A stretch of 64,000 nucleotides of DNA from an uncultured Candidatus Pelagibacter sp. (GTDB lineage Bacteria > Pseudomonadota > Alphaproteobacteria > Pelagibacterales > Pelagibacteraceae), in assembly GCA_943788395.1 (NCBI GenBank), contig CALSQC010000001.1, forward strand, positions 647,035 to 711,034, given 5' to 3'. The number at the start of each line of letters is the position of its first letter. Position 1 is the stretch's first letter. Below are positions 11,884 to 22,190 of this stretch, in pieces. The translations under genes were made by a program, and so were the position numbers. Under the pieces are notes generated by a model, which was given only the letters and a program-made list of their open reading frames with translations, was not told where the DNA came from and searched no databases.

Positions 11884-12481
11884 TGAATATCCAAGGTTTA
11901 TTATTTTTTAAATTTTTTTCAAAGTTATTAATTTTATCTTCTTTGTCTAATGAAAGCGCTATGTCATCTAGGCCTTCTAATAAACATTTTTTTTTAAAAG
12001 GATCAATATTAAATTTAATTTCACTATTTCCAAAAATAATTTTTTCATCTGTTAGATCTATTGAGATTTCTTCTTTTCTTTTTGAATATTCTGATAATTC
12101 TTTTATTTTTTCTTCTTCTAAAATAATTGGCAAAATTCCATTTTTAAAACAATTGCTATAAAAAATGTCAGCATAACTTGAGCTAATGACACATGTAATT
12201 CCAAAATCTAGCAATGCCCAAGGTGCATGTTCTCTTGATGAACCACACCCAAAATTTTTACCAGCAATTAATATTTTAGATTGATTATAAGGTTCTTGAT
12301 TTAGTATAAAATCTTTAATTTCATTTCCTTGATCATCATATCTCATTTCAAAAAATAAATTTTTGCCAAGGCCTGTTCTTTTAATTGTTTTTAAAAATTG
12401 CTTAGGAATAATCATATCGGTATCTATATTTACAATTGATAAATATGCAGGAATACTTTTTAGTGAATTAAATTTTTGCAT
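11876..12481 (-). CDS. leuD: 3-isopropylmalate dehydratase small subunit
   Basis: 201 aa. [13 protein letters not shown] motif. Lies between leuC and leuB. Confidence 0.95.
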   Translation of the reverse strand: MQKFNSLKSIPAYLSIVNIDTDMIIPKQFLKTIKRTGLGKNLFFEMRYDDQGNEIKDFILNQEPYNQSKILIAGKNFGCGSSREHAPWALLDFGITCVISSSYADIFYSNCFKNGILPIILEEEKIKELSEYSKRKEEISIDLTDEKIIFGNSEIKFNIDPFKKKCLLEGLDDIALSLDKEDKINNFEKNLKNNKPWIFND

Positions 12482-12482
12482 T

Positions 12483-13886
12483 TTATTTCTGATACTTTCT
12501 TACGTCATCCAAATTGCCTGAAATAGCAGCAGCAGCAGCCATTCCTGGGCTTACTAAATGAGTTCTTCCACCTCTGCCTTGTCTACCCTCAAAATTTCTG
12601 TTTGAAGTTGAGGCACATCTTTCTTCTGGTTTTAATTTATCTGCATTCATTGCAAGACACATTGAACACCCTGGTTCTCTCCATTCAAAACCCGAATTTA
12701 TAAAAATTTTATCAAGTCCTTCTTGCTCTGCTTGTTCTTTGACTAATCCAGATCCTGGAACTACCATCGCATGTACATGCGCTGCTTTTTTCTTATCTTT
12801 TAAAATTTTTGCTGCTTCCCTTAAATCCTCAATTCGTCCATTAGTGCAACTTCCTATAAAAACTTTATCAATCTTTATATCTTTTGCCAAAGTATCCGGT
12901 TTTAAACCCATATATTTTAATGATCTCTCAATTGAATTTTTTCTATCTACATCTTTTTCTTTTTCAGGATTAGGAACTTTTTCATCAATTGTAATAACAT
13001 CTTGGGGAGAAGTTCCCCATGTAATCATTGGTGAAATATCTTCTGCGGCTAAATTTATTTCTTTATCAAATTTTGCACCATCATCTGTTTTCAAACTTTT
13101 CCAATATTCAATTGCTTTATTCCAGTTTTCATTTTTAGGCGACATTGGTTTATTTTTTAAATATTCAATAATTTTTTCATCAGGGGCAATTAAACCAGCT
13201 CTTGCTCCTCCCTCAATCGTCATATTACAAATCGTCATTCTTTGCTCCACACTTAAAGCTGAAATTAAACTACCTGCATATTCTATTACAGATCCTGTTC
13301 CACCTGCTGTACCAATTTTTCCTATGATTTGAAGTATTACGTCTTTCGATGTTACGCCAACTGGAAGTTTGCCGTTTACGTTAATTCTAAAATTTTTTGC
13401 TTTTTTTTGAACAAGAGTCTGAGTGGCCAAAACATGTTCTACTTCTGAGGTTCCAATTCCAAAAGCTAAAGCACCAAATGCACCATGAGTCGCTGTGTGG
13501 CTGTCTCCACAAACTATTACCGTTCCTGGCTGTGTAAAGCCTTGTTCTGGTCCTATTATATGGACAATTCCTTGTCTCTTATCATCCATACCTAGATATT
13601 GTATTCCAAACTCTTTACAATTTTTTTCTAATGTGTCTACTTGAATCTTTGACTCTTGATCAGCTATTCCTTTAGTCCTATCTGTGGTTGGAACGTTATG
13701 ATCAGCAACAGCCAATGTCAAACTTGGTTGTCTTACTTTTCTTTTTGAATTTCTCAGACCTTCAAATGCTTGTGGGCTAGTTACTTCATGGACTAAGTGC
13801 CTGTCTACAAATAATAATGTTGTTCCATCACTTTGCTGGTCAACTAAATGATCGTTCCAGATTTTATCGTAAAGAGTTAGGGCCAT
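12483..13886 (-). CDS. leuC: 3-isopropylmalate dehydratase large subunit
   Basis: 467 aa. Aconitase-family motifs VCGDSHT and [11 protein letters not shown]. Confidence 0.95.
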   Translation of the reverse strand: MALTLYDKIWNDHLVDQQSDGTTLLFVDRHLVHEVTSPQAFEGLRNSKRKVRQPSLTLAVADHNVPTTDRTKGIADQESKIQVDTLEKNCKEFGIQYLGMDDKRQGIVHIIGPEQGFTQPGTVIVCGDSHTATHGAFGALAFGIGTSEVEHVLATQTLVQKKAKNFRINVNGKLPVGVTSKDVILQIIGKIGTAGGTGSVIEYAGSLISALSVEQRMTICNMTIEGGARAGLIAPDEKIIEYLKNKPMSPKNENWNKAIEYWKSLKTDDGAKFDKEINLAAEDISPMITWGTSPQDVITIDEKVPNPEKEKDVDRKNSIERSLKYMGLKPDTLAKDIKIDKVFIGSCTNGRIEDLREAAKILKDKKKAAHVHAMVVPGSGLVKEQAEQEGLDKIFINSGFEWREPGCSMCLAMNADKLKPEERCASTSNRNFEGRQGRGGRTHLVSPGMAAAAAISGNLDDVRKYQK

Positions 13887-13896
13887 TGAAAAAAAA

Positions 13897-14406
13897 TTAT
13901 TTTTTTTCTTCAGAACTTTCTTTTTTTGGTTCTGGTTGACTTTCAGGCTGTTTTTCAGGTTCTACAGAAACAGGCGCTAAGGTTTCTTCAGTCACCATTT
14001 CAGGTTTTACGTCTACCTCTATACCAATTTTTTTTCTTATCTTCTCTGCAATTCTAGCTGATTTACCTGTTCTGTCCCTTAAGTAGTAAAGTTTTGCTCT
14101 TCTTACTTTACCATGTCTTATTACTACAATTGAATCAATCACTGTTCCGTATAAAGGAAAGGTTCTTTCAACCCCCTCTCCAAAAGATATCTTTCTGACA
14201 GTAAAAGATGAGTTTAAATCTCTATTTTTTTTTGCAATGCATACACCTTCAAAATATTGAACTCTTTCTTTCTTACCCTCGGTAATTCTAACACCCACCT
14301 TAATAACGTCTCCTGGAAAAAAATCTGGTATCTTTTTCTCTGTTAATATTTTTTTAACATTATGAGCGTTAATTTCTTCAATTGTTTTCATATTAATATT
14401 TATCAA
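13897..14406 (-). CDS. rplS: 50S ribosomal protein L19 with an acidic/Pro-rich C-terminal tail
   Basis: 169 aa. L19 core [30 protein letters not shown]. The real start is probably the MKTIEE Met at about 14391. Tail is ...[21 protein letters not shown]. Confidence 0.9.
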   Translation of the reverse strand: MININMKTIEEINAHNVKKILTEKKIPDFFPGDVIKVGVRITEGKKERVQYFEGVCIAKKNRDLNSSFTVRKISFGEGVERTFPLYGTVIDSIVVIRHGKVRRAKLYYLRDRTGKSARIAEKIRKKIGIEVDVKPEMVTEETLAPVSVEPEKQPESQPEPKKESSEEKK

Positions 14407-14407
14407 G

Positions 14408-15094
14408 TTAATTTTTCTTATATTTTTTCCACAAATCTGGTCTTCGGTCGCGTGTTATAGCCTCTGATTGAGATAAACGCCAGTCTTTAATTTTGTTGTG
14501 ATCTCCTGATAAAAGTACATCTGGAACGCTTTTTTCCTCCCAAATCTGTGGTTTTGTGTATTGAGGGTATTCTAATAAACCATTTTCAAAACTCTCTTCA
14601 TTTTTAGAATGTTCGTTTCCTAAAACTCCAGGTAATAATCTTAGTATACTATCTAAAACAACAAAAGAAGCTGTTTCACCTCCAGATAAAATAAAATCAC
14701 CTACACTTAGCTCTTCTATGTTACGAGTTTTTAATATTCTTTCATCAACACCTTCAAAATGACCACATATTAAACTTATAGATTTTTCTTTTGAAAGTTC
14801 TATGGCCAATTTTTGATCAAGCTTTTTTCCTTTAGGGGATAAATAAAAAATTCGTTCATCTTTTTTTTTATTTTGGTCAATTGATTTAGCTAAAACATCA
14901 GCCTTTAATAGCATGCCAGAACCACCCCCAAAAGGTGTGTCGTCTACAGTTTTATGTTTATCTTCTGTAGCGTCTCTAATATTTGTAACCTTAAGGTCCC
15001 AAAGTTTATTTTGTAACGCCTTACCGTAGAGACCTTTGCCTAGAAGACCAGGATAGATTTCTGGATAAAGTGTAAAAATTTGAGCTTGCCACAT
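14408..15094 (-). CDS. trmD: tRNA (guanine37-N1)-methyltransferase
   Basis: 228 aa with the TrmD signature region ...[12 protein letters not shown]...[11 protein letters not shown]. Confidence 0.93.
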   Translation of the reverse strand: MWQAQIFTLYPEIYPGLLGKGLYGKALQNKLWDLKVTNIRDATEDKHKTVDDTPFGGGSGMLLKADVLAKSIDQNKKKDERIFYLSPKGKKLDQKLAIELSKEKSISLICGHFEGVDERILKTRNIEELSVGDFILSGGETASFVVLDSILRLLPGVLGNEHSKNEESFENGLLEYPQYTKPQIWEEKSVPDVLLSGDHNKIKDWRLSQSEAITRDRRPDLWKKYKKN

Positions 15095-15102
15095 GTATCC
15101 AA

Positions 15103-15657
15103 CTATTTAGTCTCTTCCTTTGGTGCTGCGTCTGCTTTAGGAGCTTCTTCTTTTTTAGCTTCTGCTGCTGGTGCTGCGTCTGCTTTAGGAGCTTCTTCTT
15201 TTTTAGCTTCTGCTGCTGGTGCTGCGTCTGCTTTAGGAGCTTCTTCTTTTTTAGCTTCTGCTGCTGGTGCTGCGTCTGCTTTAGGAGCTTCTTCTTTTTT
15301 AGCTTCTGCTGCTGGTGCTGCGTCTGCTTTAGGAGCTTCTTCAGATCCTTCTTTTTTTCTATCCTTTTTAGGAATCGCTTTATTTGGATTATTTCCATTA
15401 GCAGGCATAGGCATTAATTCATTTTCACCTAAAATTCTTGCTACTCTTGTTGTAGGTTGTGCACCTTGACCTAACCAATATTTAATTCTTTCTGCCTCAA
15501 GTCCTACTCTTTCTTTTTTATCTTTAGGTAAAAGAGGATTAAAAAATCCTACTTTTTCTATAAATCTTCCATCTCGTGCAAAACGGCTATCCGCAACGAC
15601 AACTTTGTACACTGGTCTTTTTTTTGTTCCACCTCTTGATAATCTTAGTTTTAACAT
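15103..15657 (-). CDS. rpsP: 30S ribosomal protein S16 with a repeat-encoded C-terminal extension
   Basis: 184 aa. N-terminal S16 core [25 protein letters not shown]. The C-terminus carries [16 protein letters not shown] about 4.6 times. Confidence 0.9.
   Translation of the reverse strand: MLKLRLSRGGTKKRPVYKVVVADSRFARDGRFIEKVGFFNPLLPKDKKERVGLEAERIKYWLGQGAQPTTRVARILGENELMPMPANGNNPNKAIPKKDRKKEGSEEAPKADAAPAAEAKKEEAPKADAAPAAEAKKEEAPKADAAPAAEAKKEEAPKADAAPAAEAKKEEAPKADAAPKEETK
15121..15342. repeat. perfect 48-bp tandem repeat, 4.6 copies, inside the rpsP 3' region
   Basis: The unit tggtgctgcgtctgctttaggagcttcttcttttttagcttctgctgc starts at 15121, 15169, 15217, 15265 and 15313 (partial). By eye there are no mismatches. 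Confidence 0.95.
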
Positions 15658-15674
15658 CTTCTCTCCTTTATCAT

Positions 15675-17033
15675 TTATTTAAGTTGATTTAGTAGCTCTG
15701 GAGGTATTCCTTTATCAGACATACCCTTCAGGTTTCCTTTTGACATCTTCTTCATCATTTCAGACATCATTTTAAATTGCTTAAGCAATTTATTGATAGT
15801 GGCCGTATCTGTTCCAGAACCATTAGCAATTCTTTTTTTCCTAGAACCATCGATAACTTTAGGGTTCTCTCTCTCTTTCTTTGTCATAGATAAAATTATT
15901 GCTTCATTTAAAGTAATAATTTTTTCATCAATTCCTGCTGCATCCATTTGTGATTTCATTTTAGAAACACCAGGCATAAATGACATAACACCTTCTATGC
16001 CGCCCATTTTTTTCATTTGTCTTAGTTGTGTTAAGTAATCTTCCATTGAAAATTGGCCTTTTTTCAAATTCTCTTCTGCTTTTTTGATGTTTTCTTCCCC
16101 AAGATCTTCTGCTGCTTTTTCAACAAGAGTTACTATGTCTCCCATTCCAAGTATTCTGTTTGCAATTCTATCTGGGTGAAAAACCTCTAGATTTTCTATT
16201 TTTTCTCCTACCCCTAAAAATTTAATTGGAACTTGAGATACATATTTCATACTAACTGCCGCCCCACCTCTTGCATCACCATCAGCTCTTGTCAAAACAA
16301 TACCTGTTAGATTTACTGTATTTTTAAATTCTTTTGCGACTTCCGCAGCAACTTGACCAGTTAAAGAGTCTGCAACTAAAAATGTCTCTGTAGGATTTAT
16401 TATATTTTCAATTTGTTTGATTTCACTCATCATTTGAAGATCAATTTGTGTTCTTCCTGCAGTATCAAATAAAATAATTTCAGCTCCATTTAAGTTTGCT
16501 GCACTCACTGCTCTTCTACAAATATCAGCAGGTAACTGTCCTTCAATAATAGGTAAAGTCAAAATATTATTTTGTTCTCCAAGAGATCTTAGTTGTTCTT
16601 GTGCTGCTGGTCTATAAACGTCAAGACTAACCATCATTATTTTCTTTTTTTTATTTTTCTCTAAATATTTCGCTAATTTTGCCGTTGTTGTAGTTTTACC
16701 AGAACCTTGGAGACCCACCAACATCATCGGAACAGGTGGGACAGCATTTAAATTTATATCTGTGTTGCTTTCCCCTAGAAGAACAACTAGCTCATCATAT
16801 ACAATTTTAACAACCATATCGCCTGGCGACGTTGATCTGATTATTTCTTGGCCTAAAATTTTTGGTTTAACTTTTGTTATAAAGTCTTTAGCGACATCAA
16901 GAGATACATCTGCCTCCAGTAGAGCTTGTCTAATATTTCTTAGCCCTTCATCCACTTGATTTTCATCTAGAGATGGAGCTTTTTTTAAAGAAGAAAAAAT
17001 TTCTTCAAATTTATTTGTTAAGTTTTCAAACAT
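15675..17033 (-). CDS. ffh: signal recognition particle protein Ffh
   Basis: GTPase motifs [10 protein letters not shown] and DTAGR plus a Met-rich M domain. I prefer the ATG at 17033 (MFENLTNKF...) over the track's GTG at 17060, which lies inside a GC-rich hairpin. Confidence 0.93.
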   Translation of the reverse strand: MFENLTNKFEEIFSSLKKAPSLDENQVDEGLRNIRQALLEADVSLDVAKDFITKVKPKILGQEIIRSTSPGDMVVKIVYDELVVLLGESNTDINLNAVPPVPMMLVGLQGSGKTTTTAKLAKYLEKNKKKKIMMVSLDVYRPAAQEQLRSLGEQNNILTLPIIEGQLPADICRRAVSAANLNGAEIILFDTAGRTQIDLQMMSEIKQIENIINPTETFLVADSLTGQVAAEVAKEFKNTVNLTGIVLTRADGDARGGAAVSMKYVSQVPIKFLGVGEKIENLEVFHPDRIANRILGMGDIVTLVEKAAEDLGEENIKKAEENLKKGQFSMEDYLTQLRQMKKMGGIEGVMSFMPGVSKMKSQMDAAGIDEKIITLNEAIILSMTKKERENPKVIDGSRKKRIANGSGTDTATINKLLKQFKMMSEMMKKMSKGNLKGMSDKGIPPELLNQLK

Positions 17034-17053
17034 AATAATTACACCCAGCAGTA

Positions 17054-17134
17054 ATCGCACTAGTGGGCGAAGCCTCGCTGACTAGTGTCGATCTCTTTGT
17101 TTCCAAAGACACCGCAAATTTAACGTTTTTGCGG
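17054..17134. promoter_or_regulatory. two strong palindromes/hairpins in the ffh-dapF divergent intergenic region
   Basis: 17054..17092 is ATCG-CACTAGT-GG-GCGA-AGCC-TCGC-TG-ACTAGTG-T-CGAT. 17112..17134 is CCGCAAA-N9-TTTGCGG. A perfect TATAAT lies at 17149..17154, 41 nt before the dapF ATG. Function is unknown. Confidence 0.35.
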
Positions 17135-17194
17135 AAACTCCAACAACCTATAATAGAGGTTCAAAAAGTCAATAAATAAGTTAAATATCTATAT

Positions 17195-18019
17195 ATGGAT
17201 ATTAAAGCTTTTAAAATGGATGGATTGGGCAATGATTTTATAATCATTGACCAAAGAAGTCATGAGCTTGATTTGGCAAAAGACCAAATAATAAAGATGT
17301 GTGATCGAAACTATATTGGGTGCGATCAGTTAATTGTAATAAAAAAAAATAAAGAAGTAGATGCTGATTTAGAATTCTATAATTCAGATGGTAGTGTTTC
17401 TGGAGCTTGTGGAAATGGAACAAGATGTGTCGCTGATTTGTTGGCTAAAGAAAATAACAAAAAAGAAATAATCCTTTGTACATCTGGAGGAATATTAAAA
17501 TCAAAGATTTTAGGAAATAACTTAGTAGAAACAGAAATTGGTGTTCCAAAAACTAAATGGAACGAAATTCCGTTAAGTAAAAATTTAGATACCAAAAGTA
17601 TCAATATTAAAATCATTAGTAACAATAATAAAGAGTACATTGGGGGGACTGCAGTTAATGTAGGAAATCCGCATGTAGTTTTTTTTGTAGATAACCTTGA
17701 GGATTACAATTTAGAAAAAATTGGACCAGAAATTGAAAATAATAATTTATTCCCTGAAAAATGTAATGTTACACTTGCAAAAATTAAAAATTCAAATTTA
17801 ATAAAAGTTAAAGTTTGGGAGAGAGGTGCAGGACTTACAAAGGCTTGTGGAACTGCTGCTTGTGCTACAGCTGTTGCAGGTAATTTGAATGGATTAACAG
17901 ATAAAAATGTAGACATAGAATTTACATTGGGAAAACTATCAATTTTTATAGATAAAAAAAATAGTGTTCATATGAAAGGTCCTGTTTCTAATATTAGAGA
18001 TTTAAAAATTAAACTGTAA
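17195..18019 (+). CDS. dapF: diaminopimelate epimerase
   Basis: 274 aa. MDGLGNDF N-terminus and both catalytic Cys contexts, SGACGNGTRC and TKACGTAAC. Confidence 0.93.
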   Translation: MDIKAFKMDGLGNDFIIIDQRSHELDLAKDQIIKMCDRNYIGCDQLIVIKKNKEVDADLEFYNSDGSVSGACGNGTRCVADLLAKENNKKEIILCTSGGILKSKILGNNLVETEIGVPKTKWNEIPLSKNLDTKSINIKIISNNNKEYIGGTAVNVGNPHVVFFVDNLEDYNLEKIGPEIENNNLFPEKCNVTLAKIKNSNLIKVKVWERGAGLTKACGTAACATAVAGNLNGLTDKNVDIEFTLGKLSIFIDKKNSVHMKGPVSNIRDLKIKL

Positions 18020-18936
18020 TGAGTATTTTCGATAAATTTAAAACTGGTTTTAAAAAAAGTGCTTCAACGTTCACCTCTGGTTTAAAAAATATTATTATAA
18101 AAACAGAAATTGATGATAAAACGCTAGATCAAATTGAAGAATACTTAATACAGTCAGACGTTGGTTTGGAAGCAGCTGAAGAAATAAAAACAATTATCAG
18201 TCAGGAAAAAATAGATCCCAAAAAAAATACAATTGAAGAAGTAAATTTGATATTAAAAGATTATATAATTGGTCTAATGAAACCTTTAGAAAATGAAAGT
18301 TTTTTTGATAAAAAAGATAAATTAAATGCAGTTCTTGTGTCGGGTGTTAATGGAGTTGGCAAAACTACTACTATAGGAAAAATAGGAAAAATTTTAAAAT
18401 CTAACGGAAACAAAGTTATGTTTTCTGCTTGTGATACCTTCAGGGCTGCGGCAATAGAACAGTTAGAGAATTGGGCAAAAAAAATTGATGTTCAAATTAC
18501 TAAATCTACTCAAGGATCTGATCCGGCTTCTGTTGCCTATAAAGCTGTAGAGGATGCAATGAAAAGTAATTTTAACCACGTTTTAATTGATACAGCTGGG
18601 AGACTTCAAAATAAAAAAAACTTAATGGAAGAATATAAAAAAATCGCAAATGTGACAAAAAAAATAGACCGTGATGCACCTCATGATGTAATCCTGGTAC
18701 TTGACGCAACATCAGGTCAAAATGTTATTAATCAAGTCGAAGAGTTTAATAAAGTTATTCCTATCACAGCTTTAATAATGACAAAATTAGATGGTACTGC
18801 AAAAGGTGGTATTTTACTTGCGTTAGCTAAAAAATATAAACTCCCAATAATTGCTCTTGGCCTTGGAGAAAAAGAGGACGACTTACAAATTTTTAATTCA
18901 AAAAAATTTGCTGAAGCTTTTGTACAGATTGGTTAA
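18019..18936 (+). CDS. ftsY: signal recognition particle receptor FtsY
   Basis: 305 aa. SRP GTPase motifs GVNGVGKTTT, DTAGR and TKLDGTAKGG. Confidence 0.93.
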   Translation: MSIFDKFKTGFKKSASTFTSGLKNIIIKTEIDDKTLDQIEEYLIQSDVGLEAAEEIKTIISQEKIDPKKNTIEEVNLILKDYIIGLMKPLENESFFDKKDKLNAVLVSGVNGVGKTTTIGKIGKILKSNGNKVMFSACDTFRAAAIEQLENWAKKIDVQITKSTQGSDPASVAYKAVEDAMKSNFNHVLIDTAGRLQNKKNLMEEYKKIANVTKKIDRDAPHDVILVLDATSGQNVINQVEEFNKVIPITALIMTKLDGTAKGGILLALAKKYKLPIIALGLGEKEDDLQIFNSKKFAEAFVQIG

Positions 18937-18948
18937 TTTGATTGTAAT

Positions 18949-19767
18949 TTAATTTAGACTTTTTATGAATGAGCTTAATGCAAATACAAGCTTTTCATCA
19001 TATTCCATCATATGATTATCATGTTTTGTAAAATACGAATATTTAGGTTTGTTTGCTATTTCATAAATTTTTTTACCCATTTTAAAAGGAACAATTTGAT
19101 CAGCTTCCCCATGCATTACTAAAACGGGAATATTAATGTTTTTAATTTTTTTTTCATTTTCAAATCTATCCTTTAATAAAAGGCCTACTGGAATGTAAGG
19201 GTAAACTTTTTTTGCTGCATCAACCATTGAAGTAAAAGGTGTTTCTAAAACTAAACCTGCAAATTTTCTATTTTGTGCAATGTGTGTAGCAATACCAGTT
19301 CCAAGAGACTCTCCATAAAGCACAATGTCTTTATCTGATAAGCCAATATTTTTTAACCAATCTATTGTGCTTTTGCCGTCCTCATAAAGCCCCGTTTCTG
19401 TCGGCTTACCAGAATTTCCACTAAAACCTCGCCAAGATATAATCAAAAAATTTACATCAATATCTTTAAAATGATTTAATTTATGAATTCTATTTTCAAG
19501 CTTTCCAGCATTTCCATGAAAGTAAACTACAGTTTTAAATCTATTAAGATCTTTTTTATGAAACCATCCTAGTAAGTTAATATCATCAGATGTTTTAATT
19601 TGAACTTCTTCAATATCTACTTTTAGTTTATCATTAAAATAATTATTTACATTTGGGTGATATAATAAACTTCTCTGAAAAAAGAATAAAAAAACTAGAA
19701 CAATTAAATAGATAAATGATGAGGCTATTATTATACTCAATAATAAATTTTTAGTTTTTTTTTTCAT
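18949..19767 (-). CDS. membrane-anchored alpha/beta hydrolase
   Basis: 272 aa. N-terminal TM helix, nucleophile elbow GESLG and HGEADQIVP. Confidence 0.75.
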   Translation of the reverse strand: MKKKTKNLLLSIIIASSFIYLIVLVFLFFFQRSLLYHPNVNNYFNDKLKVDIEEVQIKTSDDINLLGWFHKKDLNRFKTVVYFHGNAGKLENRIHKLNHFKDIDVNFLIISWRGFSGNSGKPTETGLYEDGKSTIDWLKNIGLSDKDIVLYGESLGTGIATHIAQNRKFAGLVLETPFTSMVDAAKKVYPYIPVGLLLKDRFENEKKIKNINIPVLVMHGEADQIVPFKMGKKIYEIANKPKYSYFTKHDNHMMEYDEKLVFALSSFIKSLN

Positions 19768-20656
19768 TTTGTTTTTTTGCTAAATATACGCCAAAAAATA
19801 CCAATATTGTTCCAACGTAATGATAAAATTCCAATTTTTCATCAAACAAAAAAAGTCCATAAATTGCGGCATAAACAGTAAAAATATAAAGTGTAAAGCC
19901 AGTTAAGGATGCTCCAAGTTTTTTTTGAGCTATAGTATAAAGAGTAAAAGCGATAATACCTGGGGATATAGCTGCAAAAGTTACCCAAGAAAAAAACTCG
20001 GTACTAAATGTGGTTCTTTGAAACAAAAATTCCTCTAAGATATAAAATGGGAATAAACTTGCTGATCCAAAAAAAGCAACCAAAGCAAATCTTTGAAAAA
20101 TTGGAAGTTTAGATTTCCAATAAAATAGATAAATAGAATACAAAGCCCAGCCTACTGCTGCTGCTAACATCCATAAGTCACCAATTGTTAATTTAAGATT
20201 AATTAACAAGTTTAAGTCACCTTTTATTATAATTACAAACACTCCCATTAAGCATGAAATTAAACCAATTATTTTGATAAAGTTAATTTTTTCCCTAAAA
20301 AAAATACTTGAAATTAAAATTATGAATATTGGTGACGATGTATAAATGATACCCATATTAGTAACAGTAGTAGTTTCTCCTGCTAAAAATGGAAATGCTC
20401 CACACACCCCGCAGCCCATCGCACCTAAAAAAAATAATTTTTTATATTCATTTTTAATAATTTTAAAATTTTTTCTTAATGATAAATATGTAAATGGCAA
20501 TAGAATTATAAAAACTAACGTCCACCTCCAAAATGCCAAAGAAATAGGAGGTACAAACTCAACTCCACCTCTAGCAACTACTAAGTTAGAGGCCATGAAA
20601 ATTGGCTGAATAAACAACAGAGAGAAAGCAAATAAATTATTTTTTTTAGTGATCAA
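19751..20656 (-). CDS. EamA/DMT-family transporter
   Basis: 301 aa, about 10 TM segments with a duplicated EamA-like architecture. TTG start. Confidence 0.75.
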   Translation of the reverse strand: MITKKNNLFAFSLLFIQPIFMASNLVVARGGVEFVPPISLAFWRWTLVFIILLPFTYLSLRKNFKIIKNEYKKLFFLGAMGCGVCGAFPFLAGETTTVTNMGIIYTSSPIFIILISSIFFREKINFIKIIGLISCLMGVFVIIIKGDLNLLINLKLTIGDLWMLAAAVGWALYSIYLFYWKSKLPIFQRFALVAFFGSASLFPFYILEEFLFQRTTFSTEFFSWVTFAAISPGIIAFTLYTIAQKKLGASLTGFTLYIFTVYAAIYGLFLFDEKLEFYHYVGTILVFFGVYLAKKQNEKKN

Positions 20657-20673
20657 TTTATTTTTAGAAATGT

Positions 20674-20853
20674 TTATTTTTTATCAAAGAAGGCTTCGTA
20701 AACCATCATAAAAATTGCTATAGCCATTAAAATGAATACTGGAAGCACATCCCAAAAACCAATCATAGAAGATCTTGTTAGTGTTGTTGCAAGACCTATC
20801 AAAAATGCTGCAGCTAGAATAGATCCTAATAATGTCGTTATTTTATTTAGCAT
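20674..20853 (-). CDS. possible 59-aa two-TM membrane protein (below the ORF-track cutoff)
   Basis: My translation is MLNKITTLLGSILAAAFLIGLATTLTRSSMIGFWDVLPVFILMAIAIFMMVYEAFFDKK. Its start overlaps the amidase stop by 11 nt. No homology was recognised. Confidence 0.35.
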   Translation of the reverse strand: MLNKITTLLGSILAAAFLIGLATTLTRSSMIGFWDVLPVFILMAIAIFMMVYEAFFDKK

Positions 20854-22180
20854 ATTTTTTACAACTTTTTTCTAACCAATTAGCTACACCCAAAAATCTT
20901 AGGTCATCATATTTGTCACCTACTAACTGAATGCCCAATGGTAAATTATTTGAACCAGTAAGTAAAGGTAATGAAATAGTAGGTACGCCCATATAAGTCC
21001 AAACAGTGCAGAATTCTGGACTACCTGTGCTTTTTAAGCCTTTGTCAGCAACACCTGTAGTTGCTGGACTTAAAACTCCATGATAATCTTCGAATACTTC
21101 TTTATAAGAATCGTAGCTTCGCTTCATAAAATCAACAGCTTCTGCATATTCTTTTGCAGAATATTTTAACCCTCTTTCAATTGCACTTATCATTTCTTTT
21201 GATAGTTTTTTTTTTGACTTTTTATAATAAACTTGAAAATTATTAGCCATATCTGTTTCATGAATTATTTTATGATATTTTGGGATATCATCAAAATAAG
21301 AAGGGGTATCAAATACCTCAATATTTTTTTCAAAAGTTTTTATAAAAAATTCAAAGGATTTTTGAGACTCTTTATCTATTTTTTTCCAACTTTTTGTTTT
21401 ATAAAATATAAACTTTGGTTCAAAAAGTGGGCCTTTCTTACAAACATTTAACATTTCATCTGCTGAATAATGAATTGTAGATGAATCATGCATGTCTTTT
21501 TTTATTAACGTTTTTGTTAATAAAGCAATATCTTCCACTGATTTTCCAAATACTCCAATATGGTCTAGTTTTTCAGATTGCCTTAAAACACCACTACGAG
21601 AAATTAATCCAAATGATGGCTTAAATCCTACAACCCCACAATAAGAAGCGGGTCTCAAAATTGAACCATTAGTTTGAGAGCCCAATGATAATGGAGCCAT
21701 ATGCGCTGCAACGGCTGCTGCGGATCCACTTGATGATCCCCCTGGCGTTCTTGAATGATCATGAGGATTTGTCGTTTTTCCTGGATGAAAATATGCTAGC
21801 TCTGTAGTTTCTGTTTTTCCCATAATAATAGCTCCTGCAATTTTAAGTAAATTTACTACTTCGGCTTCTTGAGATCCCGTCATTTTTTTTCTAATTACTG
21901 TTCCACATTCAGTAGGCATATCTAAAGTTCCAATTATGTCTTTAACTGCAACTGGCAGTCCATGTAAAGCACCTAGTGGCTTACCAGACTTTCTGTACTC
22001 ATCTGCTTCAGCAGCTTTTTCTAAGAGTTCTTTTTTATCAAAATGAGCCCATGCCTTAACGTCTTTTTCAAAATTTTTAATTCTATCAATATATTGTGTG
22101 CAGACCTCAACAGATGAAACTTCACCCGCTTTTAATTTTTCAACTAATTTATTAGCTGAGAGAGAAAATATATCTATCAT
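20843..22180 (-). CDS. amidase-signature family amidase
   Basis: 445 aa. The Gly/Ser-rich amidase signature TPGGSSSGSAAAVAA is present. Confidence 0.85.
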   Translation of the reverse strand: MIDIFSLSANKLVEKLKAGEVSSVEVCTQYIDRIKNFEKDVKAWAHFDKKELLEKAAEADEYRKSGKPLGALHGLPVAVKDIIGTLDMPTECGTVIRKKMTGSQEAEVVNLLKIAGAIIMGKTETTELAYFHPGKTTNPHDHSRTPGGSSSGSAAAVAAHMAPLSLGSQTNGSILRPASYCGVVGFKPSFGLISRSGVLRQSEKLDHIGVFGKSVEDIALLTKTLIKKDMHDSSTIHYSADEMLNVCKKGPLFEPKFIFYKTKSWKKIDKESQKSFEFFIKTFEKNIEVFDTPSYFDDIPKYHKIIHETDMANNFQVYYKKSKKKLSKEMISAIERGLKYSAKEYAEAVDFMKRSYDSYKEVFEDYHGVLSPATTGVADKGLKSTGSPEFCTVWTYMGVPTISLPLLTGSNNLPLGIQLVGDKYDDLRFLGVANWLEKSCKKYAK

Positions 22181-22190
22181 TTTATATTAT

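Noticed and set aside
15121-15342. Tandem repeats at 15121..15342 and 55810..55956 as CRISPR arrays.
   Set aside because: The repeats are directly abutting with no spacers, lie in coding frames of conserved genes, and no cas genes are present.
15021-15469. ORFs 15021..15398 (-) and 15080..15469 (+), with striking repeated peptide sequences.
   Set aside because: They are alternative-frame readings of the 48-bp S16 tandem repeat. The S16 frame is the one continuous with a conserved ribosomal protein core.
17034-17060. The track's upstream GTG start for ffh ([14 protein letters not shown]...).
   Set aside because: The extra 9 codons fall inside the GC-rich hairpin, and Ffh proteins normally begin at MFxxL. 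The ATG at 17033 is preferred.
17041-17140. SRP (4.5S) RNA gene next to ffh.
   Set aside because: Neither strand contains the conserved domain IV core (…GGUCC-GGAA-GGAAGCAGCC-like, with a GNAR tetraloop). The hairpin loops here are AGCC or GGCU.
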